Origin: Octopus vulgaris
Taxonomy: Eukaryota
Reading direction: 5' to 3'
Length of the DNA stretch: 64,000 nt
NCBI GenBank assembly: GCA_951406725.2
Contig: OX597817.1
Coordinates: 85,436,001-85,500,000 of the forward strand
A model generated the notes under the pieces. The model did not search any database. It was not told the DNA's origin and was given only the letters and a program-made list of their open reading frames with translations. Positions within the stretch are counted from its first letter, which is position 1. Each line of letters begins with the position of its first letter. Position numbers and translations under genes: made by a program. Shown in pieces: positions 13,437-25,868 of this stretch.

Positions 13437-13645
13437 TAAGCTGGCAGAATCATCAGCTCACCAGACAAAACACTTAGTGGCATTTTGTCCATCTTTTACA
13501 TTCTGAGTTCAAATAATACCAAGGTCACTTTGCCTTTCATCCTTTCAAAGATGATAAAAGAAGTACGAGTTGAGCACTGGGGTTGATTTAATCAGCTTAC
13601 CCACTTCCCCCAAATTGCTAACCTTGTGCTAAAATTTGAAACAAA
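13437..13645 (+). mobile_element. SINE family B
   Basis: AGCTGGCAGAATC head; GCCTTTCATCCTTTC core. Confidence 0.75.
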
Positions 13646-15135
13646 TATAATTATGCACTCTTATATTTCAATTAACACTGTTTAAAGTGCCTCTAATTAA
13701 TCAAGAATATTTTTTTTTTAATTCTTAGAATTAAAAATTCATTAATAATAAATACAAATAACAAATATAAAGTTCTTTCATCAATAATTTAATATGAATC
13801 CAAACATAGCTTGTGACCTTTAAAGGAAAGTAAGTTGATTCACTCTTTGCTTGGTTTATATTTAACAATTTTTCTTCTTTTGTTTGTGATAAATCTCAAG
13901 TGATATATCATTATTTTTCTAAGATTATCTGGTTTTAAAACTGAAGAACTGTAGCCTGAGTGTTTATCTGTCTTTATATAGAATGAAAATAGTTTGTATT
14001 GTCTCAATGGTAACATCATAACAGGTAATTATTGTTGTGAAAAGAAGTGGTTTGTTATAAGAAAAAACAACTAACTACTTTCTAATTTACACATTTACTG
14101 TATGTTTGACTAAAAACCTCAAGAGATAATTGTCTAAAAAAAAAACACTCTCAGTAAGTAAATAACTTTGATGAAGATTATAATATCCAATTCATTTCAT
14201 TTACAGAAGAAAACTATAGTTCAAAAGTTATTACTACATCCCTTTGGAACCTAAAAATGTCATATAAAAAGTAAATGGTCTCCAAATTACGATGTAAACA
14301 AGCATCCTGATGGAAAGAATTCACTAGAAAAAAGAAAGTAACACAAAAAAAAACAAGATGTTAGCCAAGAGTATTGAAAAGATTCTCAAAATATGTGAGA
14401 CTAACCTAACAGTTAGAAATGTACTACATAGTCATCAGTCTGTTTATTTAAGAGATATGTAAGAACACATACACACACACACTTATGTATACAGATACAT
14501 GATCAGAAAGAAGTATATATGTTTGTATGTAAGAACATCCACTGCAGGTAGACTTATTTTTTTGTTATATTTAAAAATTTCTATTACATATTAACATATT
14601 ATAGCAATGGCAGGGTATCCTTGTCAATGAGTACAAACTGTTTCTGTTAATAACATATATGTTGATATTAGATGAGTGAAGATGTTTTTCTAACTGATTC
14701 TCTTGGTGTCTATAGAGTTTCCTTTGTTTGTGCACCCTACATGTTACTCCGGGTGCCTACATATCAGTTGCCCATGCTACAAGACTTTCCCAGATAATAA
14801 ATAGTCAAAGATATTTCAAAATAAAACTCTTCATTTGAAATATTAGAGTTATGATAATTTTTGTTTATGGAACATCTTCTTTTACCTAAAATTTTCAATA
14901 TTAGAGAAAAATTAGTTAACACTGTAAAGTTTCAATTCTCCCAAATTGTGACAACCTGAGGGGTTTATTTTATGTGCTTTAATAACAGTATCTTTCGAAG
15001 GCAATAATGGTACTGAAATATGCAAATGACAGTAAGATGAAGCCTTCTATAAGGACCAACAGCAATAACACATTTCTGGTGTGAAATCATTAAGCTTTAT
15101 TTTATTGATCAATTCTAATATTAGCCATTAGAGAA

Positions 15136-15350
15136 GGCAGTAAGCTGGCAGAATCATTAGCATGATGAGCAAAATGCTTAGTGGCAACTCATCCATGTTT
15201 ATGTTTTGAGATCATATTCCATCAGAGTTGATTTTGCCTTTCATCCTTTCTGGGTCAATAAAATAAGTACCAGTTGAGCATTGGGGTTGATATAATCAAC
15301 TTACCCTCTACCCCAAAACTGCTGGCCTTGTGCCAAAATTTGAAACTAAT
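15136..15350 (+). mobile_element. SINE family B
   Basis: same head, core and tail as other family B copies. Confidence 0.75.
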
Positions 15351-15390
15351 ATTATTCATTAGGGATAAGTTTTTTACATAAAATTTTATA

Positions 15391-15796
15391 GGCTGAGTGG
15401 CTGTGTGGTAAGTAGCTTGCTTACAAACTACATGGTTCTGGGTTCAGTCCCACTGCATGGCACCTTGGGCAAGTGTCTTCTACTATAGCCTCGGGCCAAC
15501 CAAAGCCTTGTGAGTGGATTTGATAGACAGAAACTGAAAGAAGCCTGTCGTATATATGTATATGTATATATATGTATGTGTGTTTATATGTTTGTGTGTC
15601 TGTGTTTGTCCCCCCAACATTGCTTGACAAGATATGTTGGTGTGTTTACATCCCCGTAACTTAGCAGTTTGGCAAAAGAGACTGATAGAATAAGTATTAG
15701 GCTTACAAAGAATAAGTCCTGGGGTCGATGTGCTCGACTAAAAGGCGGTGCTCCAGCATGGCCACAGTCAAATGACTGAAACAAGTAAAAGAGTAA
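15391..15796 (+). mobile_element. SINE family A
   Basis: near full-length match to 4527-4983. Confidence 0.85.
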
Positions 15797-16563
15797 ATTT
15801 GAATTTTAGAAAAGCAAAATCTAAAAATTATGGTTTTCCTAAAAATAAACCTTAATTACAATGTAAAATTATATGTTTATTTCATCTTTTTATTTTTTCA
15901 TCATTTTTAAAAAGATACATGTAACAAAAAAAGTTTGTATCATACATCTGTACATCATAGAATTAGTTTTGCCACTATATCAATACAAATATTGTATCAG
16001 ACAGCAGTTTTCCAAACAAAACCAGCATCAGGTGCTAAATCTCTGTAACTGGGAATTAAACATCACTTAGGTGATGTAAATACTATTACTATTTCTATTA
16101 TTCTCACATGCTATTTCTTTTTGTGTTTTTCATCCCAAAGAGAGGGTGATATTCTATACCTGATACACTTATTACTGAAGTGTTACAATTACTACATCAT
16201 AAGATGTATCCATTAACTTTTAACTTCCTGTAGACCACAGTACTACATGAAACAGCATTGGTCAACCTGTTATGAAATGCATGATATCACAAGAATCATA
16301 CTAACCTTGTTTACATTCATTTCAAAGGAAGTGAGAAAGTTTCCAATATAAGAGAGAAATGGTTATTCCTGTATCATCCATTTCTGATCTGTAGCAGAAT
16401 CATTACAGAAAGAGTTTTTGAGTAAGGAAATCTTCAACGGGAGATTAAGAGTTCAAGCCTAGTTCAATCTTAAAGTAGAAAGATTATATTCTCTTTCCCA
16501 CTTATGTCTGAAGGAAATACATTTTACCCAGCAATATTATCGAATTAAGTAATATTATTGAAA

Positions 16564-16775
16564 GGTAGAAAGCTGGCAGGATCGTTAGCATGCTGGACAA
16601 GATGCCTAATGGCATTTCACCTGTCGTTACATTTTCAGTTCAAATTCTGCCAAGGTCAACTTTGCTATTCATCAACTTCAGCTTGATAAAATAAGTACCA
16701 GTTGAGCATTGAGAGTGATGTAATAGACTTACCCCTTCCTTAAAACTGCTGGCCTTGTGCCAAAATCTGAAACCA
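16564..16775 (+). mobile_element. SINE family B
   Basis: same head, core and tail. Confidence 0.75.
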
Positions 16776-19700
16776 ATATTAATGAATGTATAAATTTTCA
16801 TTGTCAAGCATTGAATTTCCATCTTAGTTTTATTGTTTCATCAGACTTATAGTTAACTATATTTTCATTAATCTAAGTAAAAACTGGAATGTAAGGGAGA
16901 CTGAAAGTTGTCAAGAGAAATCCAGCAAATCTATAGATCAAAGATCAACTCATACAGAAATAAAATTACTTCTATTCATTGATAGTTAAGTTTTAAAAAT
17001 AGCTAATTCAGAAATAGCCTTCATTAATCCTCCTCCCCTCCTCCTCCTCATAATCATCATCATCATCATCATCATCATCATTTTATCAACATATGTTTAT
17101 TCCTGCTGACATAAATTAGACAGGTTAACTTCATCAACTGCTGCAATCAGAGAACATATGATGATGACAATGACAGCAGCAGTGGTGGTGGTGTTGGTGG
17201 TGGATCATCATCATCATCAGCAATAACATTGTTGATAGATAAACAGATGAAGCTCAAGATTAATAAAAAAAAAAACAGATGCTAGCATTTGGGTTACATT
17301 TGCTAACTACAACTTACAATGATTTCCTTTACTAATAATCTAAGACGTTAATGCCATACACATTATTAAATTTCATATACAACATTAACATAATCTCTTG
17401 TTATTGTTGTTGTTGTTGTTGTGTGTGTGTGTGAGTGTGTGTGTGTGTGTGTGCATGTATTTATATATACTGAGGTTATATTTCTTTCTCAAACAGAATC
17501 ATTTTCATGTTACTGCAGTTGTAGAAAACAGCTGTTGTGAAGATACACAGTGGCTGCAAGATAAATTTATGCTAAAGTTGTTGGTTTGTACCACTAACCA
17601 AAGTCCCTTATTCTTCAAGCTCCCAGTCAGTTCAGTTCAGTTAAGAAATAGACACTACTCTTATTGAATCATTATACATTTGAATAGCATTCAGCCATAA
17701 AAAACACACACTTGTTCAAACAATATACAATATTTATCTTTACAAAACTCCATTCCACCATGCTGCCTTAAAATCATTGATGTAAATCAACTAAAGATAG
17801 CAAAATAAAAAGATAGTCAAGCCAGATGCAATGGAAAATTAAAATAGTGGACTGATGGTGCATGAGGAAGTCTATTCTTTTCAAGCAGCAATTTGGTAGA
17901 GTCACTTAAACACACAAGGGGGTGGGAATCAGATAGTATGCTTAGCAGCTTTTGTTCCAACTCTCTATACCCAGTGTTCAAATCCTGCTGAAGTAAATTT
18001 TGTGCCTTTCAGAGTTGATAGAGAACTAGTGAAGGGGCACTGGGTTAGTGGAATTCATGGAATGTCAGGCAAAACATTTTGTAGGATTCATTCAAATTGT
18101 GCTTCCTATCACCAGAAAAAAATAAAAAAGGTTATGTCAGGAGTTGTAACTGAAATACTGCAGAAGTAATGGAAAAACTAACAAAATAATAGCTTCTTTG
18201 GTCAGATAGGAAGTTTGGTTACCATCACAACACCATTGAAGCCAGGTTCAATCTCAGACAAACTTTTTTGGCCCTGATTTATATTTTGATAATTTAGTCA
18301 AAAAAATAGTGATAGTACACATGACCTATATAGGCCCTCTCTGATGTACTTTCTTCAAACATTTATCAATTGAGATTAAAGTTTGCAGGAAAGTTTTGAG
18401 AGAGGGGGAAATGATGGGAATCATCCAAATCCTCGTAACTGAACAAACTGAACTGAAAGCACCCAAGAAGTAAATGGCAGCATTAATTTGAGCAGTGTAG
18501 TAGGCATACTACTAAAAGTACCATTATTATTATCATTGTTTTAACATCTACTTTTCCATGTTTGCATAAATTGGACAGAATTCAATCTAACTACAAAATA
18601 GGTATATATCCACTAGTACTTTATTGGCAAGTTTTAGCAATACAAAAGAAACTTGCTATCATCTTAAATTTAAAATTTATGCAAACATGAATATCTGAAA
18701 CACTGCTCAAAATCTAGTTATGGAAAAATTCAGGTAATAATATTAGGAGAAAACTTCACTAGGACATGCAAATGATATTAACCTTCAGGTAATTGAATTT
18801 AATTAGGAATGAGAACCAGAAAGCTGTGACCATCAAACCCAAAGTGTATGAATTTAGAGGAAGAATAAAGTGACTCACCTTCACTCGAAACTGTTGTTGA
18901 TTGTTGTTGTTTACCAAACTAACAGCTTTACTCTAAATGAGTGATGAGCTGAGGCATGGTTTCAAAATAAATTATGCAAAAGAAGATTAAATATTAATAA
19001 ACTTCCATCTTGTATTGATCACCAGATCTGCTTTTATAAATGAATGTGAATAAGATTAAAATAATCTCCTGTTGATGTTGTTTTTTGTCCTCTCATTAAA
19101 CCCATTGTCATACCTGCTCACAAAACATAGTGACCATAGAAATGGATCCAGAAGTATCTCCCATCTATTCTTTGTTGATGACTTGAAACTGTATGGGTCA
19201 AATATCAACTGCATAAAAAAACAATTGGGTGTCATAACCTAATTTTCTATGAACATTGGAATGAAATTTGGTGAGTCCAAATGCGCATTTTTGACAATAA
19301 AACATGGAAAAGTTGTGCCCCCTCTGAAAACCTAAGAATGAATGGCTTGACAATAGAACCTCTACAGTTAAGTGATAATTATAGGTATCTTGGACAAGAT
19401 AAGAATGTCAGATATGATGAAGCCATAAATAAGGAGAGGGCCAGGAATGAATAATTCAGGAGAGTAAAGAGAATATGGTCATCAGAACTCAGCTGATAAG
19501 AAGCATAATACTCATATTACACAACACCTTTGCTGTGCCTGTCCTCATGCCTACGTTTGGCCTTCTGAACTGGTCACTACAAAAACTCAATGAAATAGAT
19601 GTTCAAACTTGCAAGCTGCTCAGTGTTACAAGAAACTTCAACATCAATGGTGATGTAGATAGGCTATATTTCCCATGCAAGGATGGTGGTCAGGGTCTCA

Positions 19701-20139
19701 AATCTGTATTGATGCTGCATGAAGCCCCATGTTGTGACACCAAAACAACATTTTCAGCAGAAGAAAGAGACCAGTAACTATCTTGCCCAAGTTTGTGACC
19801 ATGAAATCAACAACATAATTATGATAGTTAATGAACTTGAGGAGAGGTAGGAAATAAGAGTTGATACAGATTTCTCCCCAAAGAGCATTGGTAAAACCTA
19901 TTTATCAGCAGAACAGAATTTTAAAAAATGGACCATTTTAGTAAGAAGATAGTACATGAGTACTTGGCACATAAAACACAAATCATTGAAAGGATTGATC
20001 ATGTCAAAAGCTTGGTATAGAGTCCCAACAAATTTATGACATCCCTCTTCAAAGGTTACCTCCATGCAATTCAAGAACAAGAGATCCCCACTAAATACCT
20101 TCAATATAAAAGGCAGCAAACATTGACAGACAACAAATG

Positions 20140-20374
20140 TATTATATCCTTGAGTTGGATATAGACTACACTGTGACAGTGTTATAACAATACAAAAACT
20201 AAATTAGTAACAAACATGTAACTTACATCTCTTCTCAATGAATTCTATGACTACCTTCACAAATGTGACTGCACACACCACACTGTATGTCGTACTGTCA
20301 GTACACATGTGTCTATATAAGGTTTAGACAATTCACTTGCTATCCCACAAGGGTGTCAGGATTTCACCACAACA
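20140..20374 (-). repeat. 3' LTR (235 bp)
   Basis: direct repeat of 23073-23313; begins TGT on the minus strand right after the PPT. Confidence 0.9.
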
Positions 20375-23072
20375 TGTCCCCTTTTTGAACTTGACTTTTC
20401 TTGGAAGTCAATATTTTTCTTTTATTTATGATATATTTATTACCACCTTCCCTGCTTTTTTTTTACTTAATTCCCCAGGAAGAAATTGCAATATTTATTT
20501 CCTTTTGGCTCTACTTGCAAAAGTTGTGTTTTCTTTTCTTAGTCGATGTACTCGTTGGTTTGACTTTTCCTTTAGGTACTGGGATGTCAAAAATGTCAAA
20601 GAAATTCCATTGGCTCTTCATGTCTTGTTCTTTCTTCCGTAAACCGTTTTTTCAGTTGATTTAAATGTCTTTTCTGTTCCTATGTACGTTATTTTTCCTA
20701 AATGTTTACTTATTATTCTTCCCAACATTTCTTTCCATTTCTGTATATTTTAAAAAATACCTTTGTTACTGATTTTGAAATATTTTATCTTATTTTCAGT
20801 GTTTCTCTCCATTTTTTCTTTTCTTCCGGGTAGTAATTTGTCAAACACTGACCTAACTTTCCTAGTGAATATTAGTTCAGCCGGCAACATACCTGAAGTT
20901 GTGTTGGGGTTAGGTGTTATTTGGTAAATATTTAAGAATTGTGGCAATGCAGTATCAGCTAGTAGCTCATTCCTAGATTTTTTTCAACTCCCTCTTAAAC
21001 ATGTCTACAAAATGTTCTGCTAGTCCATTCGATATCGGATGGTATGGTGGAGTATGCTCCATTGCATGCATTTTGCAGAAGTTTTTAAATTCCTTTGACA
21101 TGAACTGTGTTCCATTATCAGACACTATAGTGTCTGGGACGTTATATCATACACAAAGTTCATCCAGAAATTCTATTATTATTTTGGAGGTTGGCTTCTT
21201 ATATTTACATATTTCCAGCCATTTCGTGTAACTATCCATAACTATTAGATAATACCCTCCATTTAACAGTCCTGTGAAGTCTATGTGTAATCTGGACCAA
21301 AGTATGTCAGCCTTGGGCCAAGGCTGAATTTTTATAGGTGAGTCTTTGGCTGCCAGGCACAACCCCTGCAGACTTTCACCAATTTTTCAATATCCTGATC
21401 CATTTTTGGCCAGTAAACATAGCTCCTCATCAGTGCTTTCATTCTTGCGATTCCTGGATGTGCCATGTGGAATTCTTTTAGCATAAAATTTTGCAAAGAA
21501 ACAGGTATTACAACCCTCTGGGCATACATAAGTAAGTCATCACATATCGAATACCATTTCAAAACTGTGTTACACTCAGCTACATGAGTTTTTGTATCTG
21601 TTTCTGACTATTTTTTTCATTTTTATTATGAACACATCCTTCTCTGCATTAAATTTTATTTTGATTTCAGCTTTCAATGCCGTTATTACCATGTCCTCTA
21701 ATGGTTCATTGTATTTCAGTATCAATCTTGGCAGCCCATCTGCATATCCCTGTTTCCTTGATGGTAGACATTCCATCTTAAAGTCTTAATTTAACAGGAT
21801 TTTCTCCCCAGTAAATTGAGAACAATGGGCAGTGCTCTGTCTGCAGACTGAATTTCCTTCCATGTATGAATTTGTGAATGGCTAATGCCTCCTTCTCAAT
21901 TTGGTTGTAATTTTTTTCAGCTGCCAACATTGAACATGAAGCAAGAGCAATGGGTTTTAGGCTACCATTTTCATACTTGTGTAAAATTACTGCTTCTATA
22001 CCACTTTTGCTAGCATCATGAAGTCTCGTATTCACATTATTATATTTATGGAGACAAAGTTTCTTTTTTGTGCCTTGCTCTGCATTTGTATTGACAATAC
22101 TTTTTTCTCAAAATTTTTTCGTTCGACCTTTTTTCTTTCACCCAACAATGTGAATTCTTATGTCTGATTTTTCCACATCCAAAACATTTTAGATTTTTAA
22201 AAGAACAGTTTCTTTTAAAATGTATTTCTCCACACCCATAGCATGGTTTGGGCATTGACTGTTGTTTTTCTTTTTTGTTATTTGTTACAGGTCGACACAT
22301 ATATTTGCATAATCTTTCTCAATTTTTTTCTGTGTCCTGTCGTAAATTTATAATCCTTTGGCATTCTTCAGCCACTGCCTGTAGAGTTAGTTTCGAATCT
22401 TGTTCTAGTTTTCTTAATATCTGAGCCCATATCTCTGCATCTTTGTTTGCAGTTAATCCTTGTACAAGATTAGACATTTGGACATATCTAGGGTTAATTC
22501 ATTTAGTTTAAATTTTTCACATTCTCTGTTTACAATTTCGACATACGTGATAAAATCTTCACTTTCTTGTTTTGTCAAATTCAAGTACTCCCAGCAAATA
22601 TTAAACAGTGAACTTCTTTCACTGAATATTTTAAATAATAGGTTAATTGTTTCCTTGAAACAAACTTCAGATGATTTTCTCAGCAGGATGTAATTACAAT
22701 GCTTCTCATGTTCTGTGGGTGATAATTTCCTTAAATGAAGTCATACCTTCTTTTCGTCCATCCAGTTTGTACATTCTTTGAAGATGCCTTCGTACCTTCT
22801 GAAGTATGCAGAAAACGTAATCCCTTCTTCTGGATTATAAGTAAATTCTTCAATTGAATTAGCAACCCCATCTGCCAAAAACAAACTTGAAGTGTCTTTG
22901 GACTGCAACAATAGTTCTAACAACTGTTGATTTTTACTGTTGTTGTTGATGTTGCAGTTTCTGTTGTACCTGTTGTTGCTGTTTCTGTTGTTCTTCTTGT
23001 TTTTGTAGTTGCCATTGCAACTGCACCATGGAAGCTAATAGGTCTTCTATGCTAAGAACGTCCCACCGCCAC

Positions 23073-23313
23073 TATTATATCCTTGGGTTTGGATATAGAA
23101 TACACTGTAACAGTGTTATAACACTACAAGAACTAAATCAGTAACAAACACATAACTAACATATATCTCTTCTCAACGACTTCTACGACTGCCTTCACAA
23201 ATACGACTGCACACACCACACTGTACATCACACTGTCAGTACATGTGCACCTTAATAAGGTTTAAGACAGTTCACTTGCTATCCCACAGGGGTGTTAGGA
23301 TTTCACCATAACA
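23073..23313 (-). repeat. 5' LTR (241 bp)
   Basis: direct repeat of 20140-20374; followed on the minus strand by the PBS-like motif. Confidence 0.9.
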
Positions 23314-23686
23314 AAATGTAAGCTGTGCAAGATGAAGGCTGAGGACATCAACCACATTATTGCCAAAAGCAAGAGAATGTCTTCCAGATATTATCTTCCC
23401 ATGAGGTTTGATGTGGTTGCCAGAACAGTCTGGAACAGGTCAAAATTTATTTTAAATTGAGAATTTATTCTAAATTAAAAAGAGAAATAGAACATATATA
23501 CATACATTAATTTGTGTCAGTGAATGTAGGAGAAGTTCTCAATATGTTGTAAAGGAAATGGTTTTATTGAAAGTGAATGTTTATCTCACAACTGAAATAA
23601 GATCACAATAGCATGAAATTCAACTCACAAGACAAACATTGTTTCAGTAAAACAATATGTATGTATGTACGTGGGTGGGGGTGCAG

Positions 23687-23745
<59 letters not shown>

Positions 23746-23897
23746 GTGTGTGTGATTGTGTATAGAAGAATATATTAATAAAAGGAATTCCAACCTTGTC
23801 TGATTTTCACGTTTTATTTACAATCTTATAATGATATAATATAATATGATATAATAAAATAAAATAAAATAATAGAATGTTAAATGTTCATTCTGAT

Positions 23898-23942
23898 TGA
23901 ACTAGTACTTTCATGCATTAAATTCTACAATCTTCAGGTTCA
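23898..23942 (-). ncRNA. minimal type I hammerhead ribozyme (pLTR copy 1)
   Basis: minus strand UGAAC-CUGAAGA-uUGUAgaauuuaaUGCAu-GAAA-GUAC-UA-GUUCA. Confidence 0.8.
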
Positions 23943-24364
23943 TGTAGTAGTGGTGACAGTCATGCTTCACAATTTTTGACTGTAGCGAGATGATTGAATC
24001 TGTGCTTTAAATACAGCTGTGTAGGCTCCAGATGCTAGGTTTTGCAAACTGTATTCTAACCAATCAGTGTGTAGTATCACTCAATTACTTAAGCTGATTG
24101 GTTGGTTGAGCTGATTGGTTTAGACGTCACACTTTGTTGGACATGTCAAGAGTCCTGTATCTTAACCCTGGCCGAAGCAGCAATTGTTGGGCTCTTTTTA
24201 GAAATGTTGTAAATAGCCTTTGTCAGAGACTTTTATATTTTTATATTTCAATTGTCATCATCATCATTGTCAGCACCTTAATTATTGTTGCTAGTGGTGA
24301 TGGTGGTGGCAATAGAACTTTTAACCCTAAATAAGATAATTTTCCTGCTATCTAAGTATTATTA

Positions 24365-24915
24365 TTATTGCTTATTTAGCTTGGGTTCGAATTTATCAAT
24401 AAAATTCTTTTCTCTGATTTTCCTCTTGATTTCACTTGGGCTGTGTAATTTGTAGAATGGAAATATTATATATATTTTCCGGCCACATGTTGCTAGGTGG
24501 TTACTCAAAGGTATCTGACGGACCTCTAGGTCTCTAATCTGTTTCCGGTGTACACATGAGCATTCTGATAGTATGTTTCCCGTCTGACCTACATATATTT
24601 CTTCACAATTTGGGCATTTGATGCAGTAAATTAAATTTCTGCTTTTGCAGTTCATATTCGCGTTTGTGAATATTTTCCCGGTTTTTGTGTTTATATATTG
24701 GCCGGTATGTATGAATTGGCATGTGCCACATCGGCTATCATTGCATTTAGATACAGTGAATGTTTGGTCTTTGTTGCTAAGGTCAAATTTTGCCTTTGTT
24801 AGTAATTTTTTCAAGTTTTTAGGCTGTCTTTTACTAAGAACCATAGCTCGATCCGTGATTATGCCTTTTAATTCATTACTTTGGGCAATGATTTGTAGGT
24901 TTGCTTTGGCAATGG
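24365..24915 (-). pseudogene. Penelope-like linker + GIY-YIG endonuclease, 5'-truncated (no RT)
   Basis: IAKANLQIIAQSNELKGIITDRAMVLSKRQPKNLKKLL..CNDSRCGTC..NLIYCIKCPNCEEIYVGQT..RKIREKNFIDKFEPKLN; the frame continues through the spacer. Confidence 0.85.
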
Positions 24916-25401
24916 CGAGCTATGGTTCTTAGTAAAAGACAGCCTAAAAACTTGAAAAAATTACTAACAAAGGCAAAATTTGACCTTAGCAACAAAGACC
25001 AAACATTCACTGTATCTAAATGCAATGATAGCCGATGTGGCACATGCCAATTCATACATACCGGCCAATATATAAACACAAAAACCGGGAAAATATTCAC
25101 AAACGCGAATATGAACTGCAAAAGCAGAAATTTAATTTACTGCATCAAATGCCCAAATTGTGAAGAAATATATGTAGGTCAGACGGGAAACACACTATCA
25201 GAACGCTCACGTGTACACTGGAAACAGATTAGAGACCTAGAGGTCCGTCAGATACCTTTGAGTAACTACCTAGCAACATGTGGCCAGAAAATATATATAA
25301 TATTTCCATCCTACAAATTACACAGCCCAAGTGAAATCAAGAGGAAAATCAGAGAAAAGAATTTTATTGATAAATTCGAACCCAAGCTAAATAAGCAATA
25401 A
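24916..25401 (+). pseudogene. Penelope-like GIY-YIG endonuclease, 5'-truncated inverted copy
   Basis: same peptide (LIYCIKC..IYVGQT..LSERSRVH) with 7 aa differences from the minus copy. Confidence 0.85.
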
Positions 25402-25823
25402 TAATAATACTTAGATAGCAGGAAAATTATCTTATTTAGGGTTAAAAGTTCTATTGCCACCACCATCACCACTAGCAGCAATAATTAAGGTGCTGACAAT
25501 GATGATGATGACAATTGAAATATAAAAATATAAAAGTCTCTGACAAAGGCTATTTACAACATTTCTAAAAAGAGCCCAACAATTGCTGCTTCGGCCAGGG
25601 TCAAGATACAGGACTCTTGACATGTCCAACAAAGCGTGACGCCTAAACCAATCAGCTCAACCAACCAATCAGCTTAAGTAATTGAGTGATACTACACACT
25701 GATTGGTCAGAATACAGTTTGCAAAACCTAGCATCTGGAGCCTACACAGCTGTATTTAAAGCACAGGTTCAATCATCTCGCTACAGTCAAAAATTGTGAA
25801 GCATGACTGTCACCACTACTACA

Positions 25824-25868
25824 TGAACCTGAAGATTGCAGAATTTAATGCATGAAAGTACTAGTTCA
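25824..25868 (+). ncRNA. minimal type I hammerhead ribozyme (pLTR copy 2)
   Basis: stem I UGAAC/GUUCA, core CUGAAGA, stem II UGCA/UGCA, GAAA, palindromic stem III AGUACU; predicted cleavage after CUA at 25863. Confidence 0.82.

Larger units (their letters stand above)
20140..23313 (-). mobile_element. Gypsy (Mag/K02A2.6-like) LTR retrotransposon, internally deleted
   Basis: two LTRs; 5-bp TSD AAATG (20135-20139, 23314-23318); PBS-like TGGCGGTGGGAC (23071-23060); PPT AAAAAGGGGACA; gag with CYGCGEIHFKRNC and CFGCGKIRHKNSHC; RNase H DAS..EKEALAI; integrase HPG..YVYWP..CRGC, LHIDF, VSDNGTQF. Confidence 0.93.
19130..23440 (+). mobile_element. decayed R4/Dong-like (REL-endonuclease type) non-LTR retrotransposon, split by an LTR element (pieces ~19130-20139 and 23319-23440)
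   Basis: RT motif ISHLFFVDDLKLY; DVDRLYFPCKDGGQGLKS; AIQEQEIPTKY; rejoined zinc knuckle CKLC..EDINHII followed by YLPMRFDVVA (RHD-like). Confidence 0.8.

Noticed and set aside
24134-25632. Mirror-image 66-aa ORFs (24134-24334, 25432-25632) and ORFs 24645-24932 / 24876-25121
   Set aside because: Antisense by-products of the Penelope palindrome; no recognisable domain
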